A stretch of 64,000 nt of DNA, from assembly GCA_044892525.1 (NCBI GenBank), contig CM097887.1:42966001-43030000 (forward strand). The letters are read 5' to 3'. The notes under the pieces were generated by a model, which ran no database searches, was not told where the DNA came from, and was given only the letters and a program-made list of their open reading frames with translations. Shown here piece after piece: positions 39,748 through 53,550 of the stretch; the first letter of the stretch is position 1, and the number at the start of each line of letters is the position of its first letter. The position numbers and the translations under genes are program-made. This DNA is from Schmidtea polychroa (taxonomy: Eukaryota).

Positions 39748-42128
39748 AGTCTACAGCATATCTTTCCAAATACTGGTAAGATCTTTTTTGCATTTTCAAA
39801 CTATAGTTAAAGGTATGGCATAATTAATTAAATAATATCAAAATTTTAAATTATACTTACTACGTAAACTATAAACAATTTAATTTAAATATCCGAACTG
39901 TTAACCAAACAGTTGTGCATGCATAAAACAAACACCGAACCGATACAACTTCTATGATACTAAAAATTATAACAATTTTTTCATATTTCAGCAGGGTTCA
40001 TGCAGATTTTTAAGTTTGTTTCCGTTCAAAAATTATTTGATTATGTATTTCATAAATTTAATTTGGTTTTCTATAATAAATCTAAATCGGGACATTTTGC
40101 CGTAGCCAAGACGGGACATTCCCGATTAATCGGGACGTCTGGCAACGCTATTAACATTAAAAAATCCATTCTAGATAAAACTTTAATATTCCTCAATATT
40201 CTTTTAACTTTTTAATTTCATAAAGTCTAAATGATATAAACTTTTCCAAATAACAAGAATAAAGAAATTGATATTTTTATAATAATTTTTTAATTCAGTA
40301 ATGAGCAACCATTTTAACAACAGGCTAACTACAAATTTAAATGTTTTGTACGGGGTAAGTGTAAGAAAAGTATTAAATTGGAATATTAGATGATAAATAC
40401 ATATGATCTCTTTATTAATAAAATGATCATAAGAACACTGTAAAAATAAAGCAGTATAAAGTTATAGAGCGCAAGTACCGCTGTGTGCAACTCGCTGGTT
40501 CTTCAGGTAAAATAAACAAAACAACTTAGTCTGACTTTGGTAACACTACGAAGCTGACTCTGCGGAGCATGATTCAACAGTATTAAACCGATTATTACAG
40601 TACATTAAATGCACTTTTGTCAACCAAACAAAAGCCAACATATTACAACTGCTTTAGAATATATTTATATTATTTTGTAATTTATTGGGCATTTTTTATT
40701 TAACACAGAAATATATGTTTAAATAAATCAAAAAGTACAGGATACAAGGAAAAGTGAGCCAGGCCGCGCTTTGCTCATTCCTGTTTTAATCAATGTAGTT
40801 GAAATAATGAATTAATAAACTTACACGTCAAACTTTTTATGTTAATTTTCTTGAAAATATATTTATCATTTTCTTTTCTTTCGTAAAAATCACTATAAAA
40901 ACTATCTATTCTTTTAAATTTATTTGTTTCAACGGATGTTTCAATTTTTTGGAAGGATTTTTCAATTACTTGAATTATGAAATCCACCATCACAAGTTTT
41001 TTAAAAACATCACAACTTTCAATGGACCAATTTCGAGCCTAGAATGAAAAATAATTATCATAAAATAATTATCATAATCACTGCGTAAAATTATATTATA
41101 AATCAAGCTTAACTTTTCATTTAAGTGAAGTCTTAAAAAGGAAAGGAAGTGAAAAATTTCAAAGTTTTCAAAATAATTTCTTATCCATGGGAAGACTTAA
41201 AAAACTTGACATTGTTAATTTTTCCAGCCATCAATAAAAAGCTTAGAACTATTACTTCTTGTTACAGTGAAGTAACAGTGTTGTTCGAATGTTTTTGCCT
41301 CCATATTTTCTAAATAAACATATTGTTGGGTTTTATTAATTCAAGTCTGTAACCCCTGACTCCACGTGTCCCTTTAAATAACAAAACAATAAACTACCCA
41401 ACGTATATTTAAATCACACAAATCTCTCAAAATTCAAAGGTACAATCAAGGACAAGTTTAATCGGTTCTCCCTAGGCATTGATGCTTTGTCAAAATATAA
41501 TAACGGGATTGCTTCTATCTAATAATGGTTTGACAACCTGTTCTCCTCGAACGTTGTTTGAACCATATCGTGATTAATTGCCTTTTTTTGTCAATCCTTC
41601 GTAATAGCCCAAACTTTGTTTGTCTCCATTAATCATGCTATCATGATAATAGCCTTCCGAGATTCTCAAATTGTTTACTTTCCATGTTAATCGAGCTCGG
41701 GTTTTCTTCATCTCTCGGGTTCTCCATTGGCTCGGGTGTCCTATAAGCTCGGGTTTTCTGTTAGCCAATTAATTAATTAACGATTTTCTGTTTTAACACA
41801 TTCGAATGCCTTTTGACCCTTTCTAACCATTTTCTGATAAATCCCTAATCACCCTCTTGTTGACCGTTAACTAATCTATACCTGCCCCGTTTTTCCGATT
41901 CAATTTCGATAACTTTACAATTTATTGATTTTTTCGGATTTTTGCCTTTCGTAACTGGTTTTGTTATTTCCTACAACTGTTTCGATCATAATTTCCTTTG
42001 CTATCACTTCTGTGCATTACCAAAATTCTATTTTTCATTCGATCCACATTTTATTTAAATTTATTTTAATTTACTGACCTCAACAATATCTTAAGAATTC
42101 CTTTCTGATGTAATAATCAGTCGTGTTA

Positions 42129-44259
42129 TAAGCATTTGCATATCGACCATATTGTCATTCAAAACAATACAATATATGATGAATTTCCTATATTGAATTT
42201 CAAAACAATATTCAAAATAGCCAATATTGCATATTGAATTTCAAAACAATGTTCAATATATATTGAATTTCAAAGCAGTATTCAATATATATTGTTTTTG
42301 TCAATATATTGATTTGCTCAATAAACTGATTTGTTCAATAAACTGATATGCTCAATAAACTGAATCGTTCAATATTTTGAAATGTTCGATATATCAAAAT
42401 GTTTTCTTCACTGAAATGTTTCATTATTTGAAATATTTCTTAATGTGAAATGTTGTAAAGTAAAAATATTTTTTTAACTGTTAAGTCTGATAAACTTTTA
42501 TTTTTGACAGACTGATATATTTGATAATTCAAAATGTTTCATAAATAAATATTTGTAAACCGATATGTTTGTAAAACAATTTTAAACCATATGTACTTTT
42601 TGGCGCCAGGTACTTTTACTTTAGTAAAATATTCAATTAATTTAAGATTTAACTTAAGTTAATGAAAAAGATTTAATTTGTGTAATTGTCATAAAATAAT
42701 ATTTTTAATTGTTTAATAAATTAAATTTAAATTTTCTATAGAAGGTTTGAAACATTGATTTGTTTGAATTAAGACTAAAATTAATTTAATTTCAATAAAT
42801 GAAGACGCATTTATAAATGTAATGTACTGTTATTTTTGTATGTATTTTAGTGTTCACAATTAGGAATTGTGAATACTAAAATATAAACTGTCACCATCTG
42901 GGAAATCCAGATTTTCAAAAAAAAACTATATAGCGATAATTTACTATAGTAAATTATCGCTATAGTAAATTGAAAAATTGAAAAAAAAATCGATAGGAAA
43001 TTAAAAAGCTATTCAAGACTTCAAATCTTAAGAATCGCAAAGGACTGAAATTAACGAAGAAAATTAATTAAAAGAAGATAAAAGAATTCTTCAAAGAAAA
43101 CAAACTATTCAAGTGCCAGTTTCAAATATACAAATAAACGAATATCAAATATACAATCAAAGATACAAGTGTCGATCGTAAGAGAATTCTTCAAAGAAAA
43201 AAAAGAATCCCCCAGCTTCTAAATACAATTCAAGAGGATAGCCGAGAACAACCTTCCTAATTACTAAGGAAATAACTAAGTTTACAGTCCTATAACCAGG
43301 ATAATTAAGGTCTTTTATTTTTTTTTAATAAAGGTTGAATTAATAACTTGTTAGTTAATTTTATATTCTGGTTTTATTATTATTATTTTATTTGTCGTGA
43401 CATAGCACACACCCCGATAGTCCCAACACAATTTTTTTATCGGTGACTCTATCGGGCTCATCATACTTCTATACATAATAACATAACAATTTCATAACAT
43501 CCACAAATATATTAGGAACATATAATATAACAATAAACAACAAAAATATATAAATTATTTTATATTGTAAAATTTCTATTTGATTTGAATTTGATGTTAA
43601 ATAATGAATATTCCAAGATATTTCTTTCTTTCTTTTTATTTTGGATAAAATGTACCCTAAATTTTACATTGGGTTATAACCAAGCTCACACCTAGTCTTA
43701 GTTAACAATGGAATGTTACAAAATGTAGTTCATTTAATTTTTTAGTGAAATGCATTCAAGGATGAAAATAGGAGAGAAATGGCCTCAATAGATATTCCCT
43801 GTCAATTTTTGGAGACAAAACTCAGTTCTACTGCTGTAAATGTAACATATTTTTTATTATTGACGGATTTGTTGAAGTTATTCCATTTCAATTCTTATAT
43901 AAAAACCGCTTTTATTTTTATCCCAAATATAACTTGTTTTTGTAATTTTTTTTCAAAATAATTTTTCACAGTACTTTGAAACTCTATTTTTTAAATTATA
44001 TTTTGAATTTTTCAAAAATTTGTGAAATACTGTAAAACTTTTTCTTGAAATTCAATACGTTCAAAATAATTTTTTTTTATTTTGAATTTTTTTCAAAATA
44101 TTGTAAAAACTAGATTGAGTTTCAAAACAATATTCAAAAGTTTATTTATGTATTGAATTTCAATAGAATATTCAATAAATTCAATATTTTTCATGAAATT
44201 CAATATTTTTCATGAAATTCAATATGTTCAAAATTTTCAATTCAAAATGCAAGTGCTTA
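42129..44259. mobile_element. Non-autonomous TIR element with 8-bp TSD (hAT-like), 2131 bp
   Basis: TIRs taagcatttgca / tgcaagtgctta; perfect TSD tcgtgtta (42121-42128 and 44260-44267); subterminal tattgaatttca repeats at both ends. Confidence 0.8.
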
Positions 44260-44479
44260 TCGTGTTATTGTCAATAAAATTTTGATTATTAAAAATTTGA
44301 TTAAATATCAACTCATTGTTTATGATTTTTATAAACCAAATTCTCAAAAATTCAAAAAAAAAATAACATAATCAAATTAAAATAAAACACTTATATTAGA
44401 AATTAACAATTTAAAGAAAATTTAATATTATAAAATTTCAAGGTCGCTTTAATAAATGAATTTTTTAAATTTAAAACAT

Positions 44480-45343
44480 TTTTGGATGACTTGTAAACTG
44501 AGTATGGAGATCTGCTTTTACATAGTAACGTTCGTTGGTTAAGGGCTGGAAAGTGCTTGAGGAGATTCTTTATACTTCGAAAAGAAGTTCATCTTTTTCT
44601 TACAGAAATTGCCGTCGATGAAAATTTTACAGCAAATTTAGCTGATAAAAATTTATTTATTCACTTGCTTTCCTAACGGACATTACAAATTATTTAAATA
44701 TTTTGAATAAATCCTTGCAAAGACAAGATCAAAATTTGTGTTGCCTTTATAAATATGTTACTGAAGTTAGAAACAAATTAAAATTGTTAAGGTTTAATTT
44801 GGAGCAAAACAATTTATTTCATTTTGAATCTTGCAAAGAGATTTATGAAGAAATGAAAGAATGTAATATAGAAGCGAATTTTAAAATATTTCTACAAAAA
44901 TTGGATATGCTAATTACAGATATCAATGAAAGATTTTCTCAATTTGATGATCTTAAACCGTCTATTGATTTATTTTGTGATCCAATTAATATTGATATCA
45001 ACTCCGTTAATCTTAAATATCAAATAGAATTATGCGACCTGCAGGACGAGCCATTTATTACATCCCGTGGAGTAACCGGAATAATCAAATTTTTAGATAA
45101 AAATAAATATCCATAATTGAGAACTTCATTATTGAACTTCAAATTCTATCAATGTTCGGAAGTACATATATCTGCGAGCGTGCATACTCCGATATGAAAT
45201 ATATAAAGTCAAAATATAGAAACAATTTGAAAGATTCCACTCTTGAAGATATAATTAGACTTGCCAAAACAAATATTGACGTCGACATAAAAGATATTGT
45301 TGCTAAACAATTATGGCCACAATGTTTTAAATATAATAAATAA
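44480..45343 (+). pseudogene. hAT (SPIN/Buster-like) transposase C-terminal remnant
   Basis: YGDLLLHSNVRWLRAGKCLRRFF...LNKSLQ...MFGSTYICERAYSDMKYIKSKYRNNL, with frameshifts; possible right TIR ggtgcggccctg at 45971-45982. Confidence 0.85.
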
Positions 45344-46073
45344 AAGTTTTCCTTTAAAATGAATAAATTTTTTATTTTGTAAATATAATTTTTCTAATTA
45401 ATGAGAAGGTAATTAATAAGATGGATATAGAAACTAAGTCAAAACGGGAGTTTAAAGATAAGATTAAAGAATTAGACAAGAAGATCCAATTGGTTTTAAA
45501 AACTTCCAAAAATTTAGTAGATTTTTATGAAGTCTATAGGTAAAAAGTATTACTATTAGTTGAACGTGTTTAGTAGGAGATTTAAAAAAGGGATTTAGGG
45601 TCACCTGTACTTTTATACATATTTCCAACTAGCTCTTCTGAAATCGCTCAGTAAAATGTGAGTTTGGGGAAAAGGAAGGCATTTAAGCACACACGGCACC
45701 CGAGTGGCACGTCTTGGGGTCAGGCGGAAAATACTGGTTGTCCACTTAATGAAACAGGTAAAACTTATAAATATATTACTTGCACTTTAATAACATTGTT
45801 AGTGTTAAGATATTACTTTGCCAGTGTTGCTCCTAGAAATATAAAACGATAAAACTTATTAAAACGATGATTAATATTATTATACGTTAAACAATAAATT
45901 TAAACTAAAATAAGTTTAGTTGTTTAGGGGGGGGGGGCTTTTACCTGGTACCCGGGTGCCAACATACATTGGTGCGGCCCTGCTTACTCCATCGAAGTGT
46001 TTTTAGATAAGTGAAATAAATATATCTTTTTTTGTTTAAACGCTAACATTTTAACATTATAATTATTTAAATA

Positions 46074-47231
46074 TTATTTTACATTTTTATAAGTTTCTTG
46101 ATATCTTCGGGTAAAGAACTGAATATCTTTTTGAATGTTTTCCAATCCAAATATTGTGGTTTTAATCAGGGGTTGAATTGTTATATCATTTATCATTTCT
46201 TGGACCAACTCTCGGGCTTTGATTGGAGTTCCTCGAATGCGCCTGGCAGCAACTCGCAAAATGTCTTTATACCATTTAGTATTTCCATAGAAAATTTCCT
46301 CGGGTAAATGAATGATCAAGGGGTAATGAAATGTAATTTTCAACACTCTGAATAGATTGAAAATGTATTTGGTGAAATTGATGACTTTTCTCGCTTTGCA
46401 TATTTTATCGAATGTCTGCTCCAAATGATGAACTTCCTTAGAAATAGTTTTGTGAATTTCATCATTTAAATTAAAATCGTTTGACGTTAGGAGAATTTCT
46501 TCACAGGTTTTGATTAAATTTGGTTTGATAATGTGCACAATTTCATTCGGGTCCTCAGTTGATAGACTGGGAATGTTATCAAAGATCTTCTTTTCAAATT
46601 TCTTCAACTGCTCTTTGACAATTTTCATTGTTTCTTTATCGAGATCGGTCATTGCATACACAAAATTGTCTGTGATTATCTTTTCAGCTTTTTTTATATT
46701 CTGCATATATATGTCACTGGTGACATCTTGTGATAAAGCACTGGGAAAAATTATGTGACATAGGATTGCGTCAACGACTCCGTTAATTTGACATTTTAAT
46801 TGCAACGAGGAAGTTATTAACATCTTCTCCATCCAGGCACTGAGAAATGTGTTTAATTTGTCGAAAAATTCGTTTGATAGATTCCAGTAAAATGTTTTTT
46901 GATTATCCTCAGATTTGAAGATTTTAAAAAATTCTTTAACTGATATCTCTGAACAATAGATTGTCAGACTTTTCTCTAGAGCAAATCCTAATTTCACTAT
47001 CTGTTTTTTCGTTTTTTCAATTAGTTTTATTTGTTGTTTTTGTACATTTTCCTCAGTAAAATGCTCAAAGCTCCCATCTTCAGTAGATGTTTTGTCCGAT
47101 TCACTTTCTATGGGGCCAAAAAGTTCACGTTTCTCAGTGACACTGCCGAATTTCATACATCTATCACGAAGTAAGATATCTTTTTGAATATCCACGTGAT
47201 TTATTATAAAAAATATTGGCAGCTGCGGCAT
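46074..47231 (-). CDS. Large exon of a host dynamin-like P-loop fold protein (possibly DSTYK-like)
   Basis: PIFFIINHVD (G4-like) followed by a long helical region. Upstream exons at ~47590-47760 (VQLPHWFLKNINIY...VHIIDAS, GTAAGT donor) and ~53313-53500 (LIFTGAIKSGRSSIINMLLN, G1-like). Confidence 0.6.
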   Translation of the reverse strand: MPQLPIFFIINHVDIQKDILLRDRCMKFGSVTEKRELFGPIESESDKTSTEDGSFEHFTEENVQKQQIKLIEKTKKQIVKLGFALEKSLTIYCSEISVKEFFKIFKSEDNQKTFYWNLSNEFFDKLNTFLSAWMEKMLITSSLQLKCQINGVVDAILCHIIFPSALSQDVTSDIYMQNIKKAEKIITDNFVYAMTDLDKETMKIVKEQLKKFEKKIFDNIPSLSTEDPNEIVHIIKPNLIKTCEEILLTSNDFNLNDEIHKTISKEVHHLEQTFDKICKARKVINFTKYIFNLFRVLKITFHYPLIIHLPEEIFYGNTKWYKDILRVAARRIRGTPIKARELVQEMINDITIQPLIKTTIFGLENIQKDIQFFTRRYQETYKNVK

Positions 47232-47278
47232 TTTGTACTGTATTTTGGCAAGAAATGTCCTATCCTTAATAGTAAAAT

Positions 47279-47489
47279 NNNNNNNNNNNNNNNNNNNNNN
47301 NNNNNNNNNNNNNNNNNNNNNNNNNNNNNNNNNNNNNNNNNNNNNNNNNNNNNNNNNNNNNNNNNNNNNNNNNNNNNNNNNNNNNNNNNNNNNNNNNNNN
47401 NNNNNNNNNNNNNNNNNNNNNNNNNNNNNNNNNNNNNNNNNNNNNNNNNNNNNNNNNNNNNNNNNNNNNNNNNNNNNNNNNNNNNNNNN
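47279..47489. other. Assembly gap (N run)
   Basis: Run of n characters. Confidence 1.
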
Positions 47490-49468
47490 GTTGCTATAAT
47501 TGAAATAGTATTACAGAATATGTTTAAACAAATTATAATATTTCAATTAACAATTTCACAAAATTGTGAATAAAAATAAAATCTTCCAACTTACCCATTC
47601 CATCAAACCATTTGAAGCATCAATAATGTGCACGAGAATACAATTTTTAGATTTTCCTATGATATCAAATGGTTCATCAAATGAACTGATGCCATCAATG
47701 GGAGAGCATTTGTAAATGTTAATATTTTTTAAAAACCAATGAGGCAATTGAACCTGAATAAGTAAATAATTAAAGAAGAATAATATAAAAACGACATCTA
47801 AAAATAAATTTCTCCTTCGACTGTAATTAAAGCGCTCCTACTGCGGCAGTAGTACTGCCTATAGATAGGTGACAACTCTATGAAACTCTAAATATAAGTT
47901 GAGCAAACAATATTCATTTTGTTAGTGACAGGCTTTTACTTTTCTAGTAGAAATAATTATAAAGAAGAAAAATAAAAGATGTCTCTTAAATCAAACGTTC
48001 ACAATGAAAATTCTTAGACATTATAATATATTGTCTTTCCGAAATAAATTTTGATGGTTTCTTTCTACATTTATAAAATAAACGTTTCAGTTTTGATACA
48101 AAAATAAGTCTAATTCATTTTCTTTATCCCAAGACATTCATAGGACATTTAAAATGAAAAATATGTCGCTCAGAAACTCACCGACATCATTCAAAGTGTC
48201 CAGCCTGCAAAGTAAATTGTAGAAAGCTCAATTGATAATTGAACAGTGAAGCAGAGGAACTCAGATGCTATTTGTAAAATTTTATATACAAAAAGGGATT
48301 TCAGGTTGTTGGTTTTATAAAGTTGTTGAATATAGAATATTATTGTTGAGGTTCTGAAATCTCAACTTGATGCTCCCTATATAAATAAGAACACAAACAC
48401 TAGTTCAATAAAATGTATTTGATTATAACAATTACAAATGAAGTTAAAAATAAAATTAACAATCACCTCAAATATATTTCAATTTGTATTGTATATATAT
48501 ATATATAAATACAAGGGTGTGTGTGTATGTAAATGCTTGCAGCTTCCTGAGCTCGGCTGTGTAAAATAGGTATGCTCTAAATTATATTGCAATATCAATT
48601 TCTGAATTTGCAACTCTTCTTAGAAGCTCTTATTTTTTGGGTGATTTGACTGAGAAATCAGTCGACTTATATATGAAATTCCTGTTGACACTCCATTTCG
48701 AATGTCAATACACTCTGTTCTGTTAAAGTCAATAGAATTTCTGTTTTTAAAAGTGCAGATTTTAATTGTTACTATTTTTGGAGTCATCCCTTTATCCAGC
48801 ATCTTTGTTTATTATTATAATAAAATTTTATATAGTCCTTTGTGTCCTTTTTCAACAGAATTCATAAGAAGTACATAAGAAATACATAAGATTTAAATAA
48901 TACATTTCAAAGTCTGTATTTGGCAAAATTTTTATTTAGTTGATTTTCTTTACTTTACTTTTTCCTTTACTTTGATCGACTTATGCCCAAATTCCTGGTT
49001 AATACAATTTGAAAATGTCTTTAGTTTTATTGGGAATGAATCATCCATGTTAGTTAGAAAGTAAGCTGATCCCCATTATCATTTAAAGCAAATATGTAAT
49101 TGCAAAAAGGTGCGTGAAATAATTTTGTTTTGGATGGTAAGTGAAAGTGTGCATATAATAACAACGGTTTTGAATTTCGTCAATATCTTCGACTAAATAA
49201 GACAATCATAAATGTGATAAGTCCTCAATCTAATCTTATTTAACTTTTTTCAAGTAATTTTGCATTTTCCATTTATTAATAATCGGGATAAGTAATGTTT
49301 ATTATATATGAAAATATTAACTACAATTTATAAATTTATTATTTTCATTGAATTATATTATTTTTTTCTTTCTAATTTTGCCACTATGCAAAATAATTTT
49401 CAAACAAAAATGCACTTAGTGCAAAAATAAAACAAACATAATCAACCAGATGGTTGAAAAAGTAAATA

Positions 49469-49612
49469 NNNNNNNNNNNNNNNNNNNNNNNNNNNNNNNN
49501 NNNNNNNNNNNNNNNNNNNNNNNNNNNNNNNNNNNNNNNNNNNNNNNNNNNNNNNNNNNNNNNNNNNNNNNNNNNNNNNNNNNNNNNNNNNNNNNNNNNN
49601 NNNNNNNNNNNN
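49469..49612. other. Assembly gap (N run)
   Basis: Run of n characters next to an (AAT)n repeat. Confidence 0.95.
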
Positions 49613-50123
49613 CAATAATAATAATAACGATCACAATAACAACAATACAAATTTATTATAATGTAATCAAGAATAAATCAGTATAAATCAAATTGTTAAT
49701 AATAAGTTATCACAATAATGTTTATTCTTTTCATCGCATAGATATCATCATCATTGATCATTGTCCACATGCACATTTATTCTGTACCTTTTTTTTCCTA
49801 TTATGTATTATTTGAGCTTCAAAGTTTTAACGTTCTTCCATCTTCTAACATTATTATTAATTTTAAACTAATTTAGCTATATTCGGTTGGGTTTAAAAAT
49901 GGCTAAAGCTAGGCCTGTCAACAGGTCTCTTTTAAAGAGAATATCTTATCTTTTTAAACACAATTCTTTTGTTCTCTGTCTATTTTTGAAATATATTCAA
50001 ATTGTCCTCTTCACTAATTTCGGCAATTTTTAATTATTTCAAGTTTAAGTTATACACAAAAATCTTTATGCGCCCATAAAGTTTTGTGTAAATTTTATTC
50101 TAATATGTTTGCTTTTGCATATA

Positions 50124-52440
50124 CAGTAAAGCCTCCTACAACGCGATTTATAAATTACGGTTATTTTTCTCACAACGCCAGTTTTTTTCTTACAACGCGA
50201 TTTAAAAAAATATACGTTTTAAAAAAATTACAGTGTATAAATACAGAAATATGTGTGTGTGTGTGTGTGTTGCAGTTAAAGTAAATTTAGGATGAAAAGA
50301 AAATTTATTAAATATACTACATATAATAAATTTATAAATTTATTAATCATATAATTTTAATTTATAGGAAAAAAATCATTATACTCTTCAAAATGCCGAA
50401 TGAAAAAAAAATCGAAAATTTATTTCACTTCAAACCAAAAATCAAATTTTGGAAAGGCTTAAATATCTAGAGAAGACTACTGATGTTGCCAAATATTTAA
50501 ATTTAAATGAGTCAACAATTAGAATCAATAAAAAAACAGAAGAAAAAATTAGGAATTCGGTAGCATCCGGATCATCTGTGCTTGCCAAAATTACTGCTCG
50601 TCCGAGAGCAAATATAATGGAAAAAATGGAACAAGCCCTTATAGTATGGGTAGAAGATATGACAAAAAACGGCTACCTTTAGACGGAAATGTGATCAAAG
50701 GAAAAGCTTTAAAAATATTTAAATGTTTAAAAAATGGGAGAATCGTCAGCTGATGAACCCATCCATAAGTTTGTTGCTAGCAATGGATGGTTCGAAAAAT
50801 TCAAAAAACGGCATTCATTCCACAACATAAAACTACAGGGAGAAAAAGCATCTATTGATGTAGAAGGAGCAAAGCTGTATCCATGAGAACTTGCCTAAAA
50901 ATAATTCAAGAAAAGGCCTATTCCGCCGATCAGATGTTTAACGCCGATGAGACAGGACTATGGTGCAAAAAATGCCTTCTAGAACATATATTTCAAAAAA
51001 TGAAAAATTAGCACCTGGATCTAAGGTTGCTAAAGATCGGATCGCCTTACTTTTCTGCAGTAACGTATCTGGTGATTCTATGACTATGCCTATATTCATT
51101 AACCGATCGTTAAATCCACAAGCGTTGAAACGATGCAACAAAAACAGCGTTCCTTTGTATTGGAGGGCCAATAAAATGGCATGGATGACGGCTAATTTAT
51201 TTAACGATTGGTTCCATCATTGTTTTGTTCCGGATGTGGAAAACATTTTGAAGAAAAAGAACGTAGCATTCAAAGTTCTACTAATTTTGGATAATGCGGC
51301 CTCGCATTCATGTGATTTAAATCACCCAAATGTGCAGATATCATTTTTACTCCGTAATACAATCTCGTTATTATAGCCTTTGGACCAAGGGATCATAGTG
51401 AATTTTAAATCAATTTATATCCGTAGGTCATTTCAATTAATTTTAGACAAAATAGACACCACAGATATTGCAATAAGCGAAGTTTGGAAACAATTCTCAA
51501 TTTTGGATTGTGTCGAAATTGTTTCTTCGTCAATAAAAGAAATGCGGCAATCCACGCTAAATACTTGTTGGAAAGCATTATTACCGGAAATGGTAAATCA
51601 GAGAAGTGCTGTTGAACCAACACAGGCTGGATTTGGAAAAATACTTAATATTGCACAAGCTATAGGACGCGATGGGTTCGATGAAATAACATTGGATGAC
51701 ATACAAGAACTAGTTACGGAGGATGATTAAACGATGCAGATATGGTTACAATATTCAGTAAAACACTACTGATTGAAGATAGTAATTCTGAAGATATATC
51801 CGATGATGAAGATAAATTCAAGAAATTTACTGTAAAATATGTAGAAAAAGGTTTAGATATGGTGAAGAAGTTAGCAAATTATTTTTTAGAGAATGATCCA
51901 CTGGAGGAAAGAGCTCAAAAATTTACAAGAAATTTAGAAAATTGCTTGTCTCCTTATGACGAAATTTATAAAGATTTGGTTGCAAAAAGGAAACAATCTT
52001 TAATAACTGATTTTGTCAAGCCGATAACGATCGCAAAAGCTAACGAACATATCTATTGCTCCAGTAGTTCAGATTCAGATGTAGTACCAGCAAAACGTTC
52101 GTTGCATCATCCGCTTAGCAGTGATGAAGAAGATAAATAAAAAAATAATAATATGCATCAACATTTCTTTTTATATTTTAATTTTTATTTAGTTCTTAAT
52201 TTTTAAAAATGTGAATTATTTTGTTAAATTTTATTAATTTATTACAATTTTATTAAAGACTTCCTAATAAAATCTTGAATATTAACTTATTAAAATTTCA
52301 TTTTATTAATTTAAATGCAGTTTTTTATACTTGGAACCTAACCCCTTTTTATCTATAGAATTCATGTCTCTTACAACGCGATTTCCTACAACGCGACGTT
52401 TCCGAAGAACGTATCCGTCGCGTTGTAGGAGGGTTTACAG
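50124..52440 (+). mobile_element. Tigger/pogo-type DNA transposon with fragmented transposase (~50390-52140)
   Basis: TIRs cagtaaagcctcctacaacgcga / tcgcgttgtaggagggtttacag; TA TSD; CENP-B HTH (ASNGWFEKFKKRH), FNADETGL, WRANKMAWMT, LLILDNAASH, PLDQGII. Confidence 0.93.
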
Positions 52441-53011
52441 TACACAATTGCATAAAACCTAATAATTCATGAACAACGTTGAATGGAGTTTAACTCGGAG
52501 AATATTTCCCATGGATTGCTTAGATTATTGCTATTTATTCAAACATATAGTTGATTAGTCAATTCTCAGGCCACCTACTTAATAAAAGAACTATGTGATA
52601 AAAACCTTTGTTATTCAAACTTGGAAGCTTAATACAAGTATTAAGAACTTTATTCAATTTTCACCACTGATTTCTTTTCTATTGACATTGTATTTATTAA
52701 AAAGCTTGACTATGATATATTTACTGATTTTTACTACAAGTGTTTGCATGAAATAATAACATCTGTAATACAGGTTGGTGTACAAACCAATAGATTAGTC
52801 AAAATTTGTCAGAAAATAATTTTTTTATTCGCAAATGAATTATAAGTGCAATTTTTATATTTCCAACAATAAATTTATATAATATATTACCATTTAATTA
52901 ATCTTAATGTGAATAAAATCACTTGAAAAAAGCTGAGCCGAAAATTCATGAATATCGAAAAAACAACGACATCTTTATTTATTCATAGTCAATATTTTAA
53001 TAAATATAATT

Positions 53012-53550
53012 TCAAATGAATAAAATTGTTTTTATCACTCTTACATGCAATCGTCTTGATAATTTACGTCCTTTCTGAAACGAACTTCTTATTAATTTGC
53101 TTTGCATTTCTTGGATTTTCTTTGGCAGCTCTTCTATTTCTATGTCTGATCTTTTATCCAATTCCCAACCTTCCCAGTCGTATGTTCCAACAGAAATTTG
53201 CTTTTCAACACTTTTCGGATGAGATATTTTTACGCAACAACTACATCCAAGTACATTTATTGGCATGACTCTAAATTAATATATGCGTCATCCAAATTAA
53301 ATAAATCTCGGATTACCTTGTATTTAATAACATGTTAATGATGCTGCTTCGACCTGATTTTATTGCTCCGGTGAATATCAAATTGAGACTGATATCATCC
53401 GCTGAAATTTCGGTATCTTGTTTCGGTTCAGGGATCTCAATTTTTATCAACCTTTCAAACTCAATTTTGCATTTAAGTAATAATTCTGATTTCAAAAAGG
53501 CGTTTTCTATGGCCTTTTGGAATGTTTCATATTTAACTGTTAAAAATTAA
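53012..53550 (-). CDS. Upstream exons of the same dynamin-like gene, including the P-loop-like motif
   Basis: LNLIFTGAIKSGRSSIINMLLNT then a GT donor; next exon ...YDWEGWELDKRSDIEIEELPKKIQ. Confidence 0.5.

Noticed and set aside
40070-40150. hAT-like terminal repeat cgggacgtctggcaacgcta
   Set aside because: Only one end was found, with no matching TIR or TSD, so it was not annotated as an element.
41340-42110. A-rich degenerate segment resembling a giant-element fragment
   Set aside because: Many stops and no diagnostic motif; family cannot be assigned by eye.
47184-49686. ORFs containing X runs
   Set aside because: Artefacts of translation through the N gaps.
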